Below are positions 16,849 to 26,779 of a stretch of DNA of 50,002 bases, piece by piece. Position 1 is the stretch's first letter, and the number at the start of each line of letters is the position of its first letter. Below the pieces are notes generated by a model. The model was not told the DNA's origin. It searched no databases and worked only from the letters and a program-made list of their open reading frames with translations. The DNA comes from Shigella phage phiL. The stretch lies in sequence record PP134913. One strand, written 5' to 3'. Made by a program: the position numbers and the translations under genes.

Positions 16849-18633
16849 ATGGCTTTATACAGACGCGGTACTGCATCAATGGATGCAGACGGTACGGTTC
16901 ACGGAACAGATACAAAATGGAAAGATCAGCTTGCTCTGATTCGAGTCGGTGCAACTATCGTATTCCTGGAGCAACCAATTAAGCTGGCTGTAATTAGCGA
17001 TATTGTGAGCGACACAGAGCTAAAGGCTATCTCTACGGATGGTCAGACCGCATCTGACGGAAAGTATGTGATCTTGCTTAACGATTCGTTAACTGTTAAC
17101 GGCTTAGCTCAAAACGTTGCCGAGACGCTTCGATACTATCAAAGCAAAGAGACTGAGATCGCGGCAGCTATAGATCTGATAAATCAGCTTGATATGAATA
17201 AACTTGAGCAAATAGTTGCTGATGTGAATAAGGCGAAATCTGATTCTCAAGCTGCGCAAAATCAGGCTGAATTAGCGCGTGACGCAGCCAACGCTGCGCG
17301 TGATGAAACTAACTCAATCAAGAGTCAGACACAGCAGATTGTTGACAGTGCTGTCGGTGGAATTAATGCCGCAAAAGATCAGGCTATCACTGATATCGGC
17401 TCTAAGGAATCATCTGTCATCTCTCACATCGACACGGAAGAGGCTTCGGCTATTCAGGCAATTAATGATGCTAAAGGTGATTTATCGGTTTACGTTAACG
17501 ACGCTCAAACGGCAGCGCAAACGGCAACCTCTGCAAAAAACGATGCTCAGGCAGCGCGTGACGATGCCGTAAGATCAAAAGATGCGGCTTCGGTAAGCGC
17601 TCAAGAAGCTAAAGACGCAGCTAATAGCATTAATGCCGATAATCTTTTAACTAAGGATGGTAATCTTTCTGGTCTTGTGGACAAAAAAGAGTCTAGAAAA
17701 AATATTGGTTTAGGTGAAAATGATGCTGTTAACTTTCTTACTATTAACACCACGGGGGCTATAGGTGCAGGAAGGAACTCATGGAACGGTTCTAACTGGG
17801 GTAGTCAGTCCATATTGTCATCATTGATGATTATGTCACCTGATGGAGTGTCTGAGCCAGGGATTTACGTCAGAAAAAAAAATAGCAGTGATGGATATGC
17901 TGGGACTTTATTATTTTATGAGGGGGCAAACTACTTCGAGACTAACAATAGATTCAGGGCCAATCAGTTTTTATGCCAGAAAACAACTATGGGTTATAAC
18001 CAGATGTGGTCCGCTTCATGCTTTCAAGGAAATGCTTACACCGCTGATAGTGGTGTTGAAAACTATCAATCACTTATTGCTGGATCGTGCGACACTAGAG
18101 GTCAGGGATACTTTGGCGGCGTAGCTTTTGGCATGATGACTACGGGCAATCCTGAATGGCCCAGGGCACAAATATCAGTAGGTGCTCAAGATATGGATGG
18201 AGCAGGCAATATTGGTATGCAAATGCATTTCAGGTTTATTGCTTCAGGGCAAATATCTTACTCTGGACCGCAAGCGGCTGGAAGTTTCCAACAAGTTCCG
18301 GCATCTGACAGAAATATAAAGCACAGCATAAAGGATGATAAATCAAGCATTGCATACAACAATATAAAATCAATGAGATTTAGGAACTTTATATTTAACG
18401 ATGATGAGCAAGAAAGGGTAAGGCGAGGTGTTATAGCTCAGGAGATAGAAGAGATCGACAATCTATATGTTAAGAGAAGGTTGTATGAGAGCCACGAGCT
18501 AAACGGGCCAAAAGTTGAAAGGCTTGAGCTTGATACAACTCCTTTATTGCTTGACACTATGAGAGCTTTGCAGGATACAATAAAGAAAGTTGAAGAGTTA
18601 CAAGAAGAGATAAAAATGTTGAAGTCCAAATGA
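16849..18633 (+). CDS. tail fibre protein with C-terminal intramolecular chaperone (self-cleaving) domain
   Basis: Coiled-coil N-terminal half, Gly-rich middle, C-terminal SDRNIK cleavage motif at residue 486 (nt 18304). Confidence 0.75.
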   Translation: MALYRRGTASMDADGTVHGTDTKWKDQLALIRVGATIVFLEQPIKLAVISDIVSDTELKAISTDGQTASDGKYVILLNDSLTVNGLAQNVAETLRYYQSKETEIAAAIDLINQLDMNKLEQIVADVNKAKSDSQAAQNQAELARDAANAARDETNSIKSQTQQIVDSAVGGINAAKDQAITDIGSKESSVISHIDTEEASAIQAINDAKGDLSVYVNDAQTAAQTATSAKNDAQAARDDAVRSKDAASVSAQEAKDAANSINADNLLTKDGNLSGLVDKKESRKNIGLGENDAVNFLTINTTGAIGAGRNSWNGSNWGSQSILSSLMIMSPDGVSEPGIYVRKKNSSDGYAGTLLFYEGANYFETNNRFRANQFLCQKTTMGYNQMWSASCFQGNAYTADSGVENYQSLIAGSCDTRGQGYFGGVAFGMMTTGNPEWPRAQISVGAQDMDGAGNIGMQMHFRFIASGQISYSGPQAAGSFQQVPASDRNIKHSIKDDKSSIAYNNIKSMRFRNFIFNDDEQERVRRGVIAQEIEEIDNLYVKRRLYESHELNGPKVERLELDTTPLLLDTMRALQDTIKKVEELQEEIKMLKSK

Positions 18634-18636
18634 TAA

Positions 18637-18662
18637 AATCCCCGCATTGCGGGGATTTTTGT
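18637..18662. terminator. intrinsic terminator between tail fibre and SSB genes
   Basis: Hairpin TCCCCGCATTGCGGGGA followed by TTTTTG. Confidence 0.65.
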
Positions 18663-19075
18663 TAGAACGGGATATCATCATCGAAAGTTGATTGAGGATT
18701 TGGCTGTGGCTGTGATTGCGTTCGTTGTTGTTGCTGCGGTGCTCGTTGTTGATTGCTTTGTCCTCGCTGACTAAATACCAACTTAGGGAAATCAGCAGCC
18801 TGCAATGAATTGTAAGTCGTTCCGTTATGCTCACGGGATGAGATCTTCAACGTTTCGCAAGATACTGAAATTACCCGACCAACCTGAAACGCTTCGCGAT
18901 ACCAGTCAGCAAGACCAGGCTTTCCACCATCGCTAAAAAAGAATGTGTAGTTTGTGTATTCGCGATCGCCATCACGAGGCTTGTAGCTTTCTGCCAGTTC
19001 GATGATATAAGTATTTCCTCCGTTACGTTCCAGAATCTTTGGTTCTTTGCGGATCTCGCCAGTGATAATATGCAT
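18662..19075 (-). CDS. ssb: single-stranded DNA-binding protein
   Basis: Gln/Pro-rich linker and acidic C-terminal tail DDDIPF. Confidence 0.7.
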   Translation of the reverse strand: MHIITGEIRKEPKILERNGGNTYIIELAESYKPRDGDREYTNYTFFFSDGGKPGLADWYREAFQVGRVISVSCETLKISSREHNGTTYNSLQAADFPKLVFSQRGQSNQQRAPQQQQRTQSQPQPNPQSTFDDDIPF

Positions 19076-19121
19076 GTTTTTCTCTCCTAAATTTTATGGG
19101 CGACCGAAGCCGCCCTGATGA

Positions 19122-19769
19122 TTATTCGAAGTTGGTGATTGATTGAGATTGTACAGGCTTCGCGCTCGTTGCTTCAACCTGTTTTTTCTGTTCCGGTTGC
19201 GCTGGGCGAATGCCGCGAGCTTTTCCGATCTCAAACTTAGCTTTCAGTGCGTTGTAGTGATCCTGAATGATTGACTTGCTCGCTGTGTCAGTCTGGCGGT
19301 AAGCATTGGCCCAAACATCCTTCAGTGACTCGATATCTTCACACGCATCAAGTTCTTTCTTCCAGTCCTTGACAGATTTCACCGCAAGCTGCGCGTCGTC
19401 GTCACTTTGGCTAATTCCCAGCGCGGCGGCTAGAGAGTAACGTCGAGCATACGTCATTGCGGAACCTACGCCTTGAGGATCTCGTTTTGCAATCGGCATC
19501 ATCATGAAGAATTTGGCCCACTGCCCTGATTTGTGAATCAGCATAGTTTCAAGATGGAAAGTAGTTTCTGTACTGGTATCCAGCATTGATTGCAGGATCA
19601 TGATATCGTTGTCGGTTAACGCCGGACTGACTGCCGCCATCATTGCGTCAAGAGTTGCGTATGAATTTTTCAGGTGATTGTTTTTCGCGTCCTTCTTTGC
19701 CTTCGCGAATTTATTGCGAGCGTTGAACAGAGCCGGAAGGATTTCGTTTGTTTCTGGTGATAATTGCAT
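19122..19769 (-). CDS. erf: Erf-family single-strand annealing protein
   Basis: KNSYATLDA and YARRYSLAA motifs; start set at ATG with AGGAGA RBS. Confidence 0.65.
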   Translation of the reverse strand: MQLSPETNEILPALFNARNKFAKAKKDAKNNHLKNSYATLDAMMAAVSPALTDNDIMILQSMLDTSTETTFHLETMLIHKSGQWAKFFMMMPIAKRDPQGVGSAMTYARRYSLAAALGISQSDDDAQLAVKSVKDWKKELDACEDIESLKDVWANAYRQTDTASKSIIQDHYNALKAKFEIGKARGIRPAQPEQKKQVEATSAKPVQSQSITNFE

Positions 19770-19843
19770 CTTAACTTCTCCTGATTGGTGTATGAGGTGC
19801 ATTATAACACCTCATTAATTATTTGTTTAGCTATTTGTGCCGT

Positions 19844-20908
19844 TTACTTGTTTTGGTAGCGTACCCATGACGGCGTTTCAAGTTCAATCTCGCTTGCATC
19901 GCCAGCGTATCCAGGCCAAACATCCATTTCAGAGCAAGCCTTGTAGGTGTGGACTACGCTAATGTACTGACTACGACCGATCCTGATTTGCTCCATCGTC
20001 ATACGATAAGCAAGGGCGATGTAAGGCTCTTTTTTCTCCTGTGCCAGCAATCGAACTACGATCGGGATATCTTCCGGAAAATTTCCTTCAAAAGCGCCAG
20101 CCTGGATTGCACGTCGTAGCAGGTCATGCTGCAAGGCCATTTTCAGATAATACCCGTGATTGTATGCCAGTCTCGGGAACTCTAACGGGTTGGCGCTCAT
20201 CGTAGTTTTGAAGTCAGTAATAATCAGCGCTTCCGGGAAAATTACGTCTTCATACACCGGATCGCCATTCTCATCATAACCAGTCAGCACACGACCCGGT
20301 ACATTCTCTTTGTAGTCAAGATGATCGAGTCGAACCTTAACTTTGACACCGGATATCTCACCGAAGATTGAAATCTCACGCTGCGCCGTTTCACTGTTGA
20401 TGCACGCTTCATGATCCGGGTTTTGCTCAAGGATGGCTCTCATCTTCATGCAGGCGTCGTATTTGTCGGCGTCAACGAGTTTCTTTCCTTCAGCACGCGC
20501 CTCAGCTTCTGCGATCAGTTCAATCAGGTATTGAACGTTGAGTTCTTCACCACAATCAACCATCATTTTGATGAGGTCAGGGTACTGTTTACCGGATGTA
20601 CCTTTCAGTCCAAAAGATTTTAACTTTGCTGCCAGCGCCGCCTGCGAAGTAATCAGATCCTTAAACTCTGATGGAGCCGGGCAGCGGGAATACGATGCAG
20701 TAAACAGATCGCGACTCTCAAAGTTAGTATGCGACTGAGTACCAAATTCCAGCGCTTTAGTTGTCTCGTTCTTCTTGAATCGCCAGTTAGCCGGGCAAGT
20801 CTGATAGATTTCAGCAAGGCTAGATCCGCTTACATACTCCGCAGCCCAACCTTCATTGCTGTGATACTCGTCGTTAGAAAGCTGGCTTGATGTGAATACC
20901 TGGAACAT
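19844..20908 (-). CDS. PD-(D/E)xK exonuclease (RecE/YqaJ-like)
   Basis: ITDFKT D-x-K motif; adjacent to Erf; sigma70-like promoter upstream. Confidence 0.65.
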   Translation of the reverse strand: MFQVFTSSQLSNDEYHSNEGWAAEYVSGSSLAEIYQTCPANWRFKKNETTKALEFGTQSHTNFESRDLFTASYSRCPAPSEFKDLITSQAALAAKLKSFGLKGTSGKQYPDLIKMMVDCGEELNVQYLIELIAEAEARAEGKKLVDADKYDACMKMRAILEQNPDHEACINSETAQREISIFGEISGVKVKVRLDHLDYKENVPGRVLTGYDENGDPVYEDVIFPEALIITDFKTTMSANPLEFPRLAYNHGYYLKMALQHDLLRRAIQAGAFEGNFPEDIPIVVRLLAQEKKEPYIALAYRMTMEQIRIGRSQYISVVHTYKACSEMDVWPGYAGDASEIELETPSWVRYQNK

Positions 20909-20939
20909 TGTGTTTATCTCCTTCGTTTACGATGGATTC

Positions 20940-20967
20940 ATTATAGCCATTAACAGCGTTTAGTCAA
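20940..20967 (-). promoter_or_regulatory. sigma70-like promoter TTGACT-N16-TATAAT for exonuclease/Erf/SSB block
   Basis: Near-consensus hexamers on minus strand about 30 nt upstream of ATG 20908. Confidence 0.6.
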
Positions 20968-21376
20968 CCTGATACATGTAATTGGTGTGTAATAGCGTGT
21001 CTATATCGCTCAAGTTACAACCAGCATTAACAGAATCAATGGCTTAAGTATGTTTTTATGTTATGTCTATTGTGTAATGCTTGTAACCGCTTTTTCTTAG
21101 AAATGCAGAGATACCTACAAATGGAATCCAGATTGATTAAATTTTGAACATATATGATAGAGGTTTGACGAATCAATCAAATCACCTGTTACACGATAGA
21201 CAACTGTTACACAACAATAATTATATATATAAAGCTAAAATTAAATATTATCTATCTATATATATTATATAGAGTTTTTATCATATCTCTCTGCTGTCGG
21301 ATGTGGTGGATTTTGTAACACCCGCTCCGGTTACAAAAATAGACACCTGTTACACGAAAAAATTGTAATAGTGCTA

Positions 21377-21405
21377 TTGCAATAAAAGTAAATGCGACAT
21401 ACAAT
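21377..21405 (+). promoter_or_regulatory. sigma70-like promoter TTGCAA-N17-TACAAT for lipoprotein gene
   Basis: Hexamers with 17-nt spacer about 25 nt upstream of start. Confidence 0.55.
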
Positions 21406-21434
21406 GCAATTACACTAACGACGAGGACATGCAA

Positions 21435-21665
21435 ATGAAAAAGTTAATCACCATTATCGCTGCGGCAGTCATCCTGACTGGTTGCTCTCAGAATATTAAA
21501 AATGGAGACTGCGTTACTTACTCTTACGGATCTTGCATGATGCGATTCGTTGACGGCAGGAAGATTCCGGCTGGCGAAATCGATATGCGATTCAAAGGTC
21601 TGTCATCCGACGACGATCAGGGTAACTTCAGCGGCAAGGTATCAATCAAAACTAAAGAGTGGTAA
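21435..21665 (+). CDS. small lipoprotein, candidate superinfection-exclusion protein
   Basis: Signal peptide with lipobox LTGC; own sigma70-like promoter 21377..21405. Confidence 0.55.
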   Translation: MKKLITIIAAAVILTGCSQNIKNGDCVTYSYGSCMMRFVDGRKIPAGEIDMRFKGLSSDDDQGNFSGKVSIKTKEW

Positions 21666-21667
21666 TT

Positions 21668-22624
21668 ATGGGGCAAGGAATATACATAAATCTAAATGAC
21701 GGTCGTCCGGCAATGGAGATAACCTCTGGACTTCGCGCACCGTCATGGTGCGGACCAATACAAGCGGACGGGGTTGATTCATCCGGATCGGTTTTTGATT
21801 TTGGTCTGCAAATGAGTCCTGGATCTACTGCTTTTTGCCTTCCATCTCAGGCTATCTACATAGATGATATGGATTACATACCAGAGGTGTATTATTTAAC
21901 AAGTTTCCAGAAGGTTAATGATTCAACAGGTCGAATAACGGTAGGTAATTTTAACGGGCACGGTGGGAGAAGGATGAGATTTTATGGCAACTGCTACGAA
22001 ATTCTCCCCGCTCAGGCTGGTAATCAAGGCATACTCGTTAACGATTCAACTAACTTCGCGGCGATACCGAATAACGCAAGGTTAATGAGCGCTGCATTTG
22101 TTGGAGGTATTCAGGTTAACGGTCAAGCTCAGTTGCCAGTACAGGGCGTTCCTTTCGGTATGTGGGATAATCCAAACGTAACACTTGAATCTGACGGCAA
22201 CACAATATGGTGCAGGGATGCAAACTATAACGGGATTGATGACGTTGGCGCGAGCGTATACGTGCAACTCGTAATATTTAATAACACTCCACCACCCCCA
22301 GGACCAGGAATAACCATGAGTAATCCTGCTGGTCAGATCGTCTTCTCAAGCGTTAGACGCCCATTCGTTCTCGGCGGGACTATGGCGATAAATGACGGGT
22401 GGCAGTGGTGTGGTGGATTTTTCCCAATACTAAGAACAGGTACGATATGTAGAGTTACAGGTGGATATAATAACATTAGATACAAGGGCGTGTGTATGAG
22501 CGGCGGTAACGTTAGAAGCGCCCCAGGAACAAGAGTAGGTAATTATTCCACCAAAAGCGGAGCGCGATTCCCCTTCAATATAAACATTTCAATGCCAATT
22601 CCTTTCACTCCGAACATGTATTAA
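21668..22624 (+). CDS. hypothetical two-domain protein with PPPPGPG linker (318 aa)
   Basis: Co-oriented with lipoprotein; convergent on J gene; terminator 22623..22652. Confidence 0.5.
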   Translation: MGQGIYINLNDGRPAMEITSGLRAPSWCGPIQADGVDSSGSVFDFGLQMSPGSTAFCLPSQAIYIDDMDYIPEVYYLTSFQKVNDSTGRITVGNFNGHGGRRMRFYGNCYEILPAQAGNQGILVNDSTNFAAIPNNARLMSAAFVGGIQVNGQAQLPVQGVPFGMWDNPNVTLESDGNTIWCRDANYNGIDDVGASVYVQLVIFNNTPPPPGPGITMSNPAGQIVFSSVRRPFVLGGTMAINDGWQWCGGFFPILRTGTICRVTGGYNNIRYKGVCMSGGNVRSAPGTRVGNYSTKSGARFPFNINISMPIPFTPNMY

Positions 22625-22652
22625 AAAAAGGGGGCCAATCGGCCCCTTTCTG
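22623..22652. terminator. bidirectional terminator between 21668..22624 and J gene
   Basis: Hairpin GGGGCCAATCGGCCCC flanked by A7 and TTTC. Confidence 0.65.
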
Positions 22653-25600
22653 TTACCAGACACCAACAACCACTCGGCCCCCGTTAGGTAGGTTGACCGT
22701 GATACCGTTATTGTTTATCTGAACCGTGTTATTTGTTCCGTTAAATGCAAACTCTCCGTTATTTGCGTAAATTCTACCCCTCACTGTTGCATTCATGAAT
22801 GAAGCGTCGCCATTCTTGTTTATGGCCCATCCATTATTCCCATCCCAATTGTTAGATTGAATCCAGTTTCCAATCATGGCATTAGTAATAAAGCCATCCT
22901 TAATGATCGCGCTACTCAGGATAACTTGACCATTCTCAACCACGAAAGGATACTGAGTCTGACCATTCATTCCTGTCATGATTGCAAATCGTGATGCCTC
23001 AAACAAAATCTGCGCCTTAACCGCATCTCCGGAACCAATCAGAGACATAGCCATGCCTGCACTGTATTCTTGGCCGTTATACTTCAGACCGAGCTTGACG
23101 CCGTACATTGCACCAGTCGAATCCGCATTGCTCCACGAATCAAGTTTTTGAGAAAGTGCTGCCTCATTATTCCCAAGCCTCGCGCTTAACGACAAGTCAG
23201 CTTGCGTTCTCGCCTCAGTCTCGTTTGCTATAGCCTCTCTGATATCAGTCAAACTTGCCTGGATATCATCACCAATCTCTGCCTTGAGTTGGTCAATTTC
23301 ACGCGATAGCGCTCCAGTCTCAGTCGCTATAACTTCACGCAATTCGCTATTGCTTGCGCTAATCTGATCGTCAAAACTTGCCTTCAACTGCTCGATCGAC
23401 GTCACTCGCGCCTGCGTCTCATCAGCAATAAGTTTCAGTGATTTCGTGTACTCAGCTTTTCGTTTTCCGTTCTCCTTCTTCATGTAGATCGCGTCTTTAT
23501 CATTGGCGAGCGCGTTTTCTATTGCTGCCTCTGCGTTAGCTGCGTTCTGCGCCGCGTTGTCTGTTGCGTTATCAACAAGCCACTCGTAACCCGGCGAGTT
23601 TTCGATATCGACAGAAATCTCTCCGATGATATCGTCAACGTTTGTTGATGCCATACCTCTGACAAAATCAGTCCACTGAGACACGTTACCGATCCTGTCA
23701 ACCGTCCTTACCCGATACCACACAATATTCCCTCCAGGCATCGGTGAGTGATAATACTCATGCTGCGGGTACGGAATCAAAGAAAGCAAACTTGCGTTAT
23801 CCACTGTTCCATCCGGTGACTGTTGCAACTCTGTATAGGCCGTATCTCCAGAACCATCAGAGAACCCCCATTTTGTACGGATACCAAAAACAACATCATC
23901 CGTAGCTGTAAGGTTAATAGGTCGTCCCGGCTCACCTTGTTTACCCGTCAGCGTCGCAGCTACGATATTTGACCATCCTGAAGTCGTACCTGAGCCAGCT
24001 ACAGATCGAACGCGAACCTGATAGTTTCCAGCGTAAATCCCTTCAACGTAAACCTCTTTGTTTGCCGTCTGCGGAACGTTCTGCCAGTTGCCATTATCCT
24101 TTCGCCACTGGACGTCATAGAAAACTGCGTACGGAACTTTATCCCAGCTAACAATCATCGTTTCTACGCTCATCCCCTGGACGATTCGTGATTCTGAGGA
24201 CACTTGCACGTTTTCCGGTCTAGGGATCTGATCTGGTTCAACGATGCTCGTCGGTCGGTCGTCGATATTAACTCCGTAATCAATCTCATCGTACTTGTTA
24301 GGATCGTACTCCACCGCCGTGATTTTGTAGGTAAATTCCTCATCATCATCGCCCTTATCGATTTTTGTCACGACGTACTGCTGTAACGCAATGTCGGTGC
24401 GGTCGATAGCGAATACCGTGTTTGGCTTCACAGGAAAGCCAAAGCCGATGTTAACCTCTATAGTCTTACCATCCGCACTAACACTTGAGATTGTGCGCTT
24501 CACGGGCTTACCATCGGGCTTATTTACGATAATAAAGTCACCTGCGCGAGCATCAACGCGGAACGGCAGGAAAATCTGACTACCGGATACTTCGAGCAAA
24601 CGCCCTGACAGGTTCATCGTCAAGTTACTTGACCAGAAGTTATCAGCTATTGCTACAACATCTCCGATTGTCGGGATCATGCCCTCAAGTCCGGTAGCGA
24701 AGTTTACCGTAGTGCTGCGGAGGTTAGTTTTCAGAATCCACCTCCCGCGTCGGTTGGCCTCGCTTCGACGTGTGCAACCGATCGCTGTAATACTCGTTAC
24801 GTTGTTCCCAAAACGTAGAGTAGCCTCACGATCGAATACTGGCTCAACGTCCTGCTGATACATGTTTTGTTCATCATCAAACATCACATTACACGTCGTG
24901 TACATGCTCTTTTCGCTTGCGAACGTGTAGGAGAAGTCACCATTAACCACGTTGTCGTTAGTGAAGATGTACGCAGGTTCACGCGGCCTGTCGATGATTA
25001 CCGAAATGCTTTCACCATTCCAAAAGCTCATGCCACGGAAGATTGAGCAAATATCTCGAATCACCTTGTACGCATCAGTCTGTGACTGAATTATCACGTC
25101 ACAAAGGTAGCGAGGCTCCGTACCGCCTTTACCGTCAGGAACCATCTGATCGCAATATTGCGCCGCCTCATATAGCGCCCATTTATCGACAGATATTCCA
25201 AGCTCTTTCTGATCCAGCCCATAACGCTGATTAATCATCAGGTCATAAAGCACCCAAGCCGGATTATTCGTCCACGCCTTCTTAAAAGTTCCATCCCAAT
25301 TTCCGTTATAAGTTCGCGATTCTGGATCATAGTTTGACGGAACGTTTACAATCTTCCAGCGCTTACGAATTGAGATCGTAGGCAACTGGTTTGGGAACAT
25401 CTTCGAATCGAACTCGACGAAAAGAAGACCAGTCAGAGGGTAACGGAATTTAGCATCAATCACCTCGGCATAGCTCTTTACCTGAATCGCGTCAACAACG
25501 TTCGAGTCGTTAGAGTCTGGAGTTTTACGAACGACTCTGAATATCACCTGATTGTTGAAGTTAGGTAGGTTTACACGCCTGCTTCGATCGTAACCTGACA

Positions 25601-26102
25601 TTGTTTTGCCTTCGATTACATCGGTGAGCACCGTCTCAAACGAGCCGCCATCAACAGCTTGTTGCACCTCATACTCAACTCTTACGCCGTTTTTATCACC
25701 GTTGCTTTCAATTCGTACTCCGCGAGGCATAAACATTTTGATACGGATTGCAGAAAGCGTTTTGTTGGTTACTGAGATCGTGTATGGGTTATCTGTAGTA
25801 ACCTCACGGCTTACAGTTACCTCACTAGAGCTATCTTCCATCCCCTTGATATATTCCTGAGTCTGCGTCCCCGGCCTAAACTCTGCCTTTACTCCCTCGA
25901 AGTTAAATGAGCCATCCTCGTTTTGCACCGGGACTGAGTTAAACATCAACTGCTTTAGGCTGAATGTTTCGTCAATCTCGCCATCAGACACAGCTAACAG
26001 GATCTTGATTTTGTTGATTGAGATTAGATTATCTTCCATCTCAACTGGCTTATGCGGCTTAGGTGAACCGCCTTTCGATCCGCTTATCACTTTTTGAATC
26101 AT
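22653..26102 (-). CDS. central tail fibre / host specificity protein (lambda J-like)
   Basis: 1149 aa at end of tail module after I/K/L/M-like genes. Confidence 0.85.
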   Translation of the reverse strand: MIQKVISGSKGGSPKPHKPVEMEDNLISINKIKILLAVSDGEIDETFSLKQLMFNSVPVQNEDGSFNFEGVKAEFRPGTQTQEYIKGMEDSSSEVTVSREVTTDNPYTISVTNKTLSAIRIKMFMPRGVRIESNGDKNGVRVEYEVQQAVDGGSFETVLTDVIEGKTMSGYDRSRRVNLPNFNNQVIFRVVRKTPDSNDSNVVDAIQVKSYAEVIDAKFRYPLTGLLFVEFDSKMFPNQLPTISIRKRWKIVNVPSNYDPESRTYNGNWDGTFKKAWTNNPAWVLYDLMINQRYGLDQKELGISVDKWALYEAAQYCDQMVPDGKGGTEPRYLCDVIIQSQTDAYKVIRDICSIFRGMSFWNGESISVIIDRPREPAYIFTNDNVVNGDFSYTFASEKSMYTTCNVMFDDEQNMYQQDVEPVFDREATLRFGNNVTSITAIGCTRRSEANRRGRWILKTNLRSTTVNFATGLEGMIPTIGDVVAIADNFWSSNLTMNLSGRLLEVSGSQIFLPFRVDARAGDFIIVNKPDGKPVKRTISSVSADGKTIEVNIGFGFPVKPNTVFAIDRTDIALQQYVVTKIDKGDDDEEFTYKITAVEYDPNKYDEIDYGVNIDDRPTSIVEPDQIPRPENVQVSSESRIVQGMSVETMIVSWDKVPYAVFYDVQWRKDNGNWQNVPQTANKEVYVEGIYAGNYQVRVRSVAGSGTTSGWSNIVAATLTGKQGEPGRPINLTATDDVVFGIRTKWGFSDGSGDTAYTELQQSPDGTVDNASLLSLIPYPQHEYYHSPMPGGNIVWYRVRTVDRIGNVSQWTDFVRGMASTNVDDIIGEISVDIENSPGYEWLVDNATDNAAQNAANAEAAIENALANDKDAIYMKKENGKRKAEYTKSLKLIADETQARVTSIEQLKASFDDQISASNSELREVIATETGALSREIDQLKAEIGDDIQASLTDIREAIANETEARTQADLSLSARLGNNEAALSQKLDSWSNADSTGAMYGVKLGLKYNGQEYSAGMAMSLIGSGDAVKAQILFEASRFAIMTGMNGQTQYPFVVENGQVILSSAIIKDGFITNAMIGNWIQSNNWDGNNGWAINKNGDASFMNATVRGRIYANNGEFAFNGTNNTVQINNNGITVNLPNGGRVVVGVW

Positions 26103-26113
26103 GATGTTTACCT

Positions 26114-26131
26114 TTTTGTGCTATTTATCGG
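26114..26131 (-). promoter_or_regulatory. degenerate motif copy immediately upstream of J-like gene start
   Basis: Gene-strand AATAGCACAAAAAGGTAAAC then ATCATG. Confidence 0.3.
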
Positions 26132-26150
26132 TGAACCCATTATACAGGCG

Positions 26151-26173
26151 AAAAAAAACCCGCGCAAGGCGGG
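26151..26173 (-). terminator. intrinsic terminator between I-like and J-like genes
   Basis: Hairpin CCCGCGCAAGGCGGG with 8 T on gene strand; identical hairpin at 28332..28346. Confidence 0.6.
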
Positions 26174-26179
26174 TTAATT

Positions 26180-26779
26180 TTAACTCATATCCTCGGCATA
26201 AGAACCTGCTGAGAAAGTTGCGCCACCTCCGGCTCGATATCCATACGGGACCGGGAGAGGGTATCCCGCCGCCGTCGTGTTGACAGCACCGCCGAACGCG
26301 TACGAAGGTTTATTCTTGCTTGATTGAACTTCAAAGTTTGCTCCACCCGGCTGCGGTGAAATCATTTGCATCACGCCGCCCAGCACCATAGCGCCGCCCA
26401 TCATAAACAGAGAAGATGACATTGTTCCCATTAATGCCAGAGACGCACCTCCAGTATAGAACGCAGCAACCATTATTGCTGCACCCAATACAACCTGAAA
26501 TAGACCGCCGGACTTAGAACCAGTCGGGATCGGGACAATCCTTATCTCTTTGGCGCACTTGAATTTTTCCTCTTCATGGTGTCCAACGTTAACGCCGTCA
26601 ACAAATATTGCAAACTTACTTCGAGAGCCAACCTCGCTCTGCATGTATTCTTTAAATCCATCTACCTGACTGGATAGTGCGCGAATGGCTTCCGGGTAAG
26701 ATTCAACAGCAAAGCGGTGAAAGACGCCGAAGCGCCTACCAAGCGAACCTGATAACTTGATTACTTTTACATCATTCAT
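26180..26779 (-). CDS. tail assembly protein (lambda I-like)
   Basis: Position between K-like and J-like; Gly/Ala-rich hydrophobic C-terminal half. Confidence 0.7.
   Translation of the reverse strand: MNDVKVIKLSGSLGRRFGVFHRFAVESYPEAIRALSSQVDGFKEYMQSEVGSRSKFAIFVDGVNVGHHEEEKFKCAKEIRIVPIPTGSKSGGLFQVVLGAAIMVAAFYTGGASLALMGTMSSSLFMMGGAMVLGGVMQMISPQPGGANFEVQSSKNKPSYAFGGAVNTTAAGYPLPVPYGYRAGGGATFSAGSYAEDMS

Noticed and set aside
21252-21434. Minus-strand ORF 21252..21434
   Set aside because: Lies across the AT-rich module and rightward promoter; AT-rich low-complexity translation.
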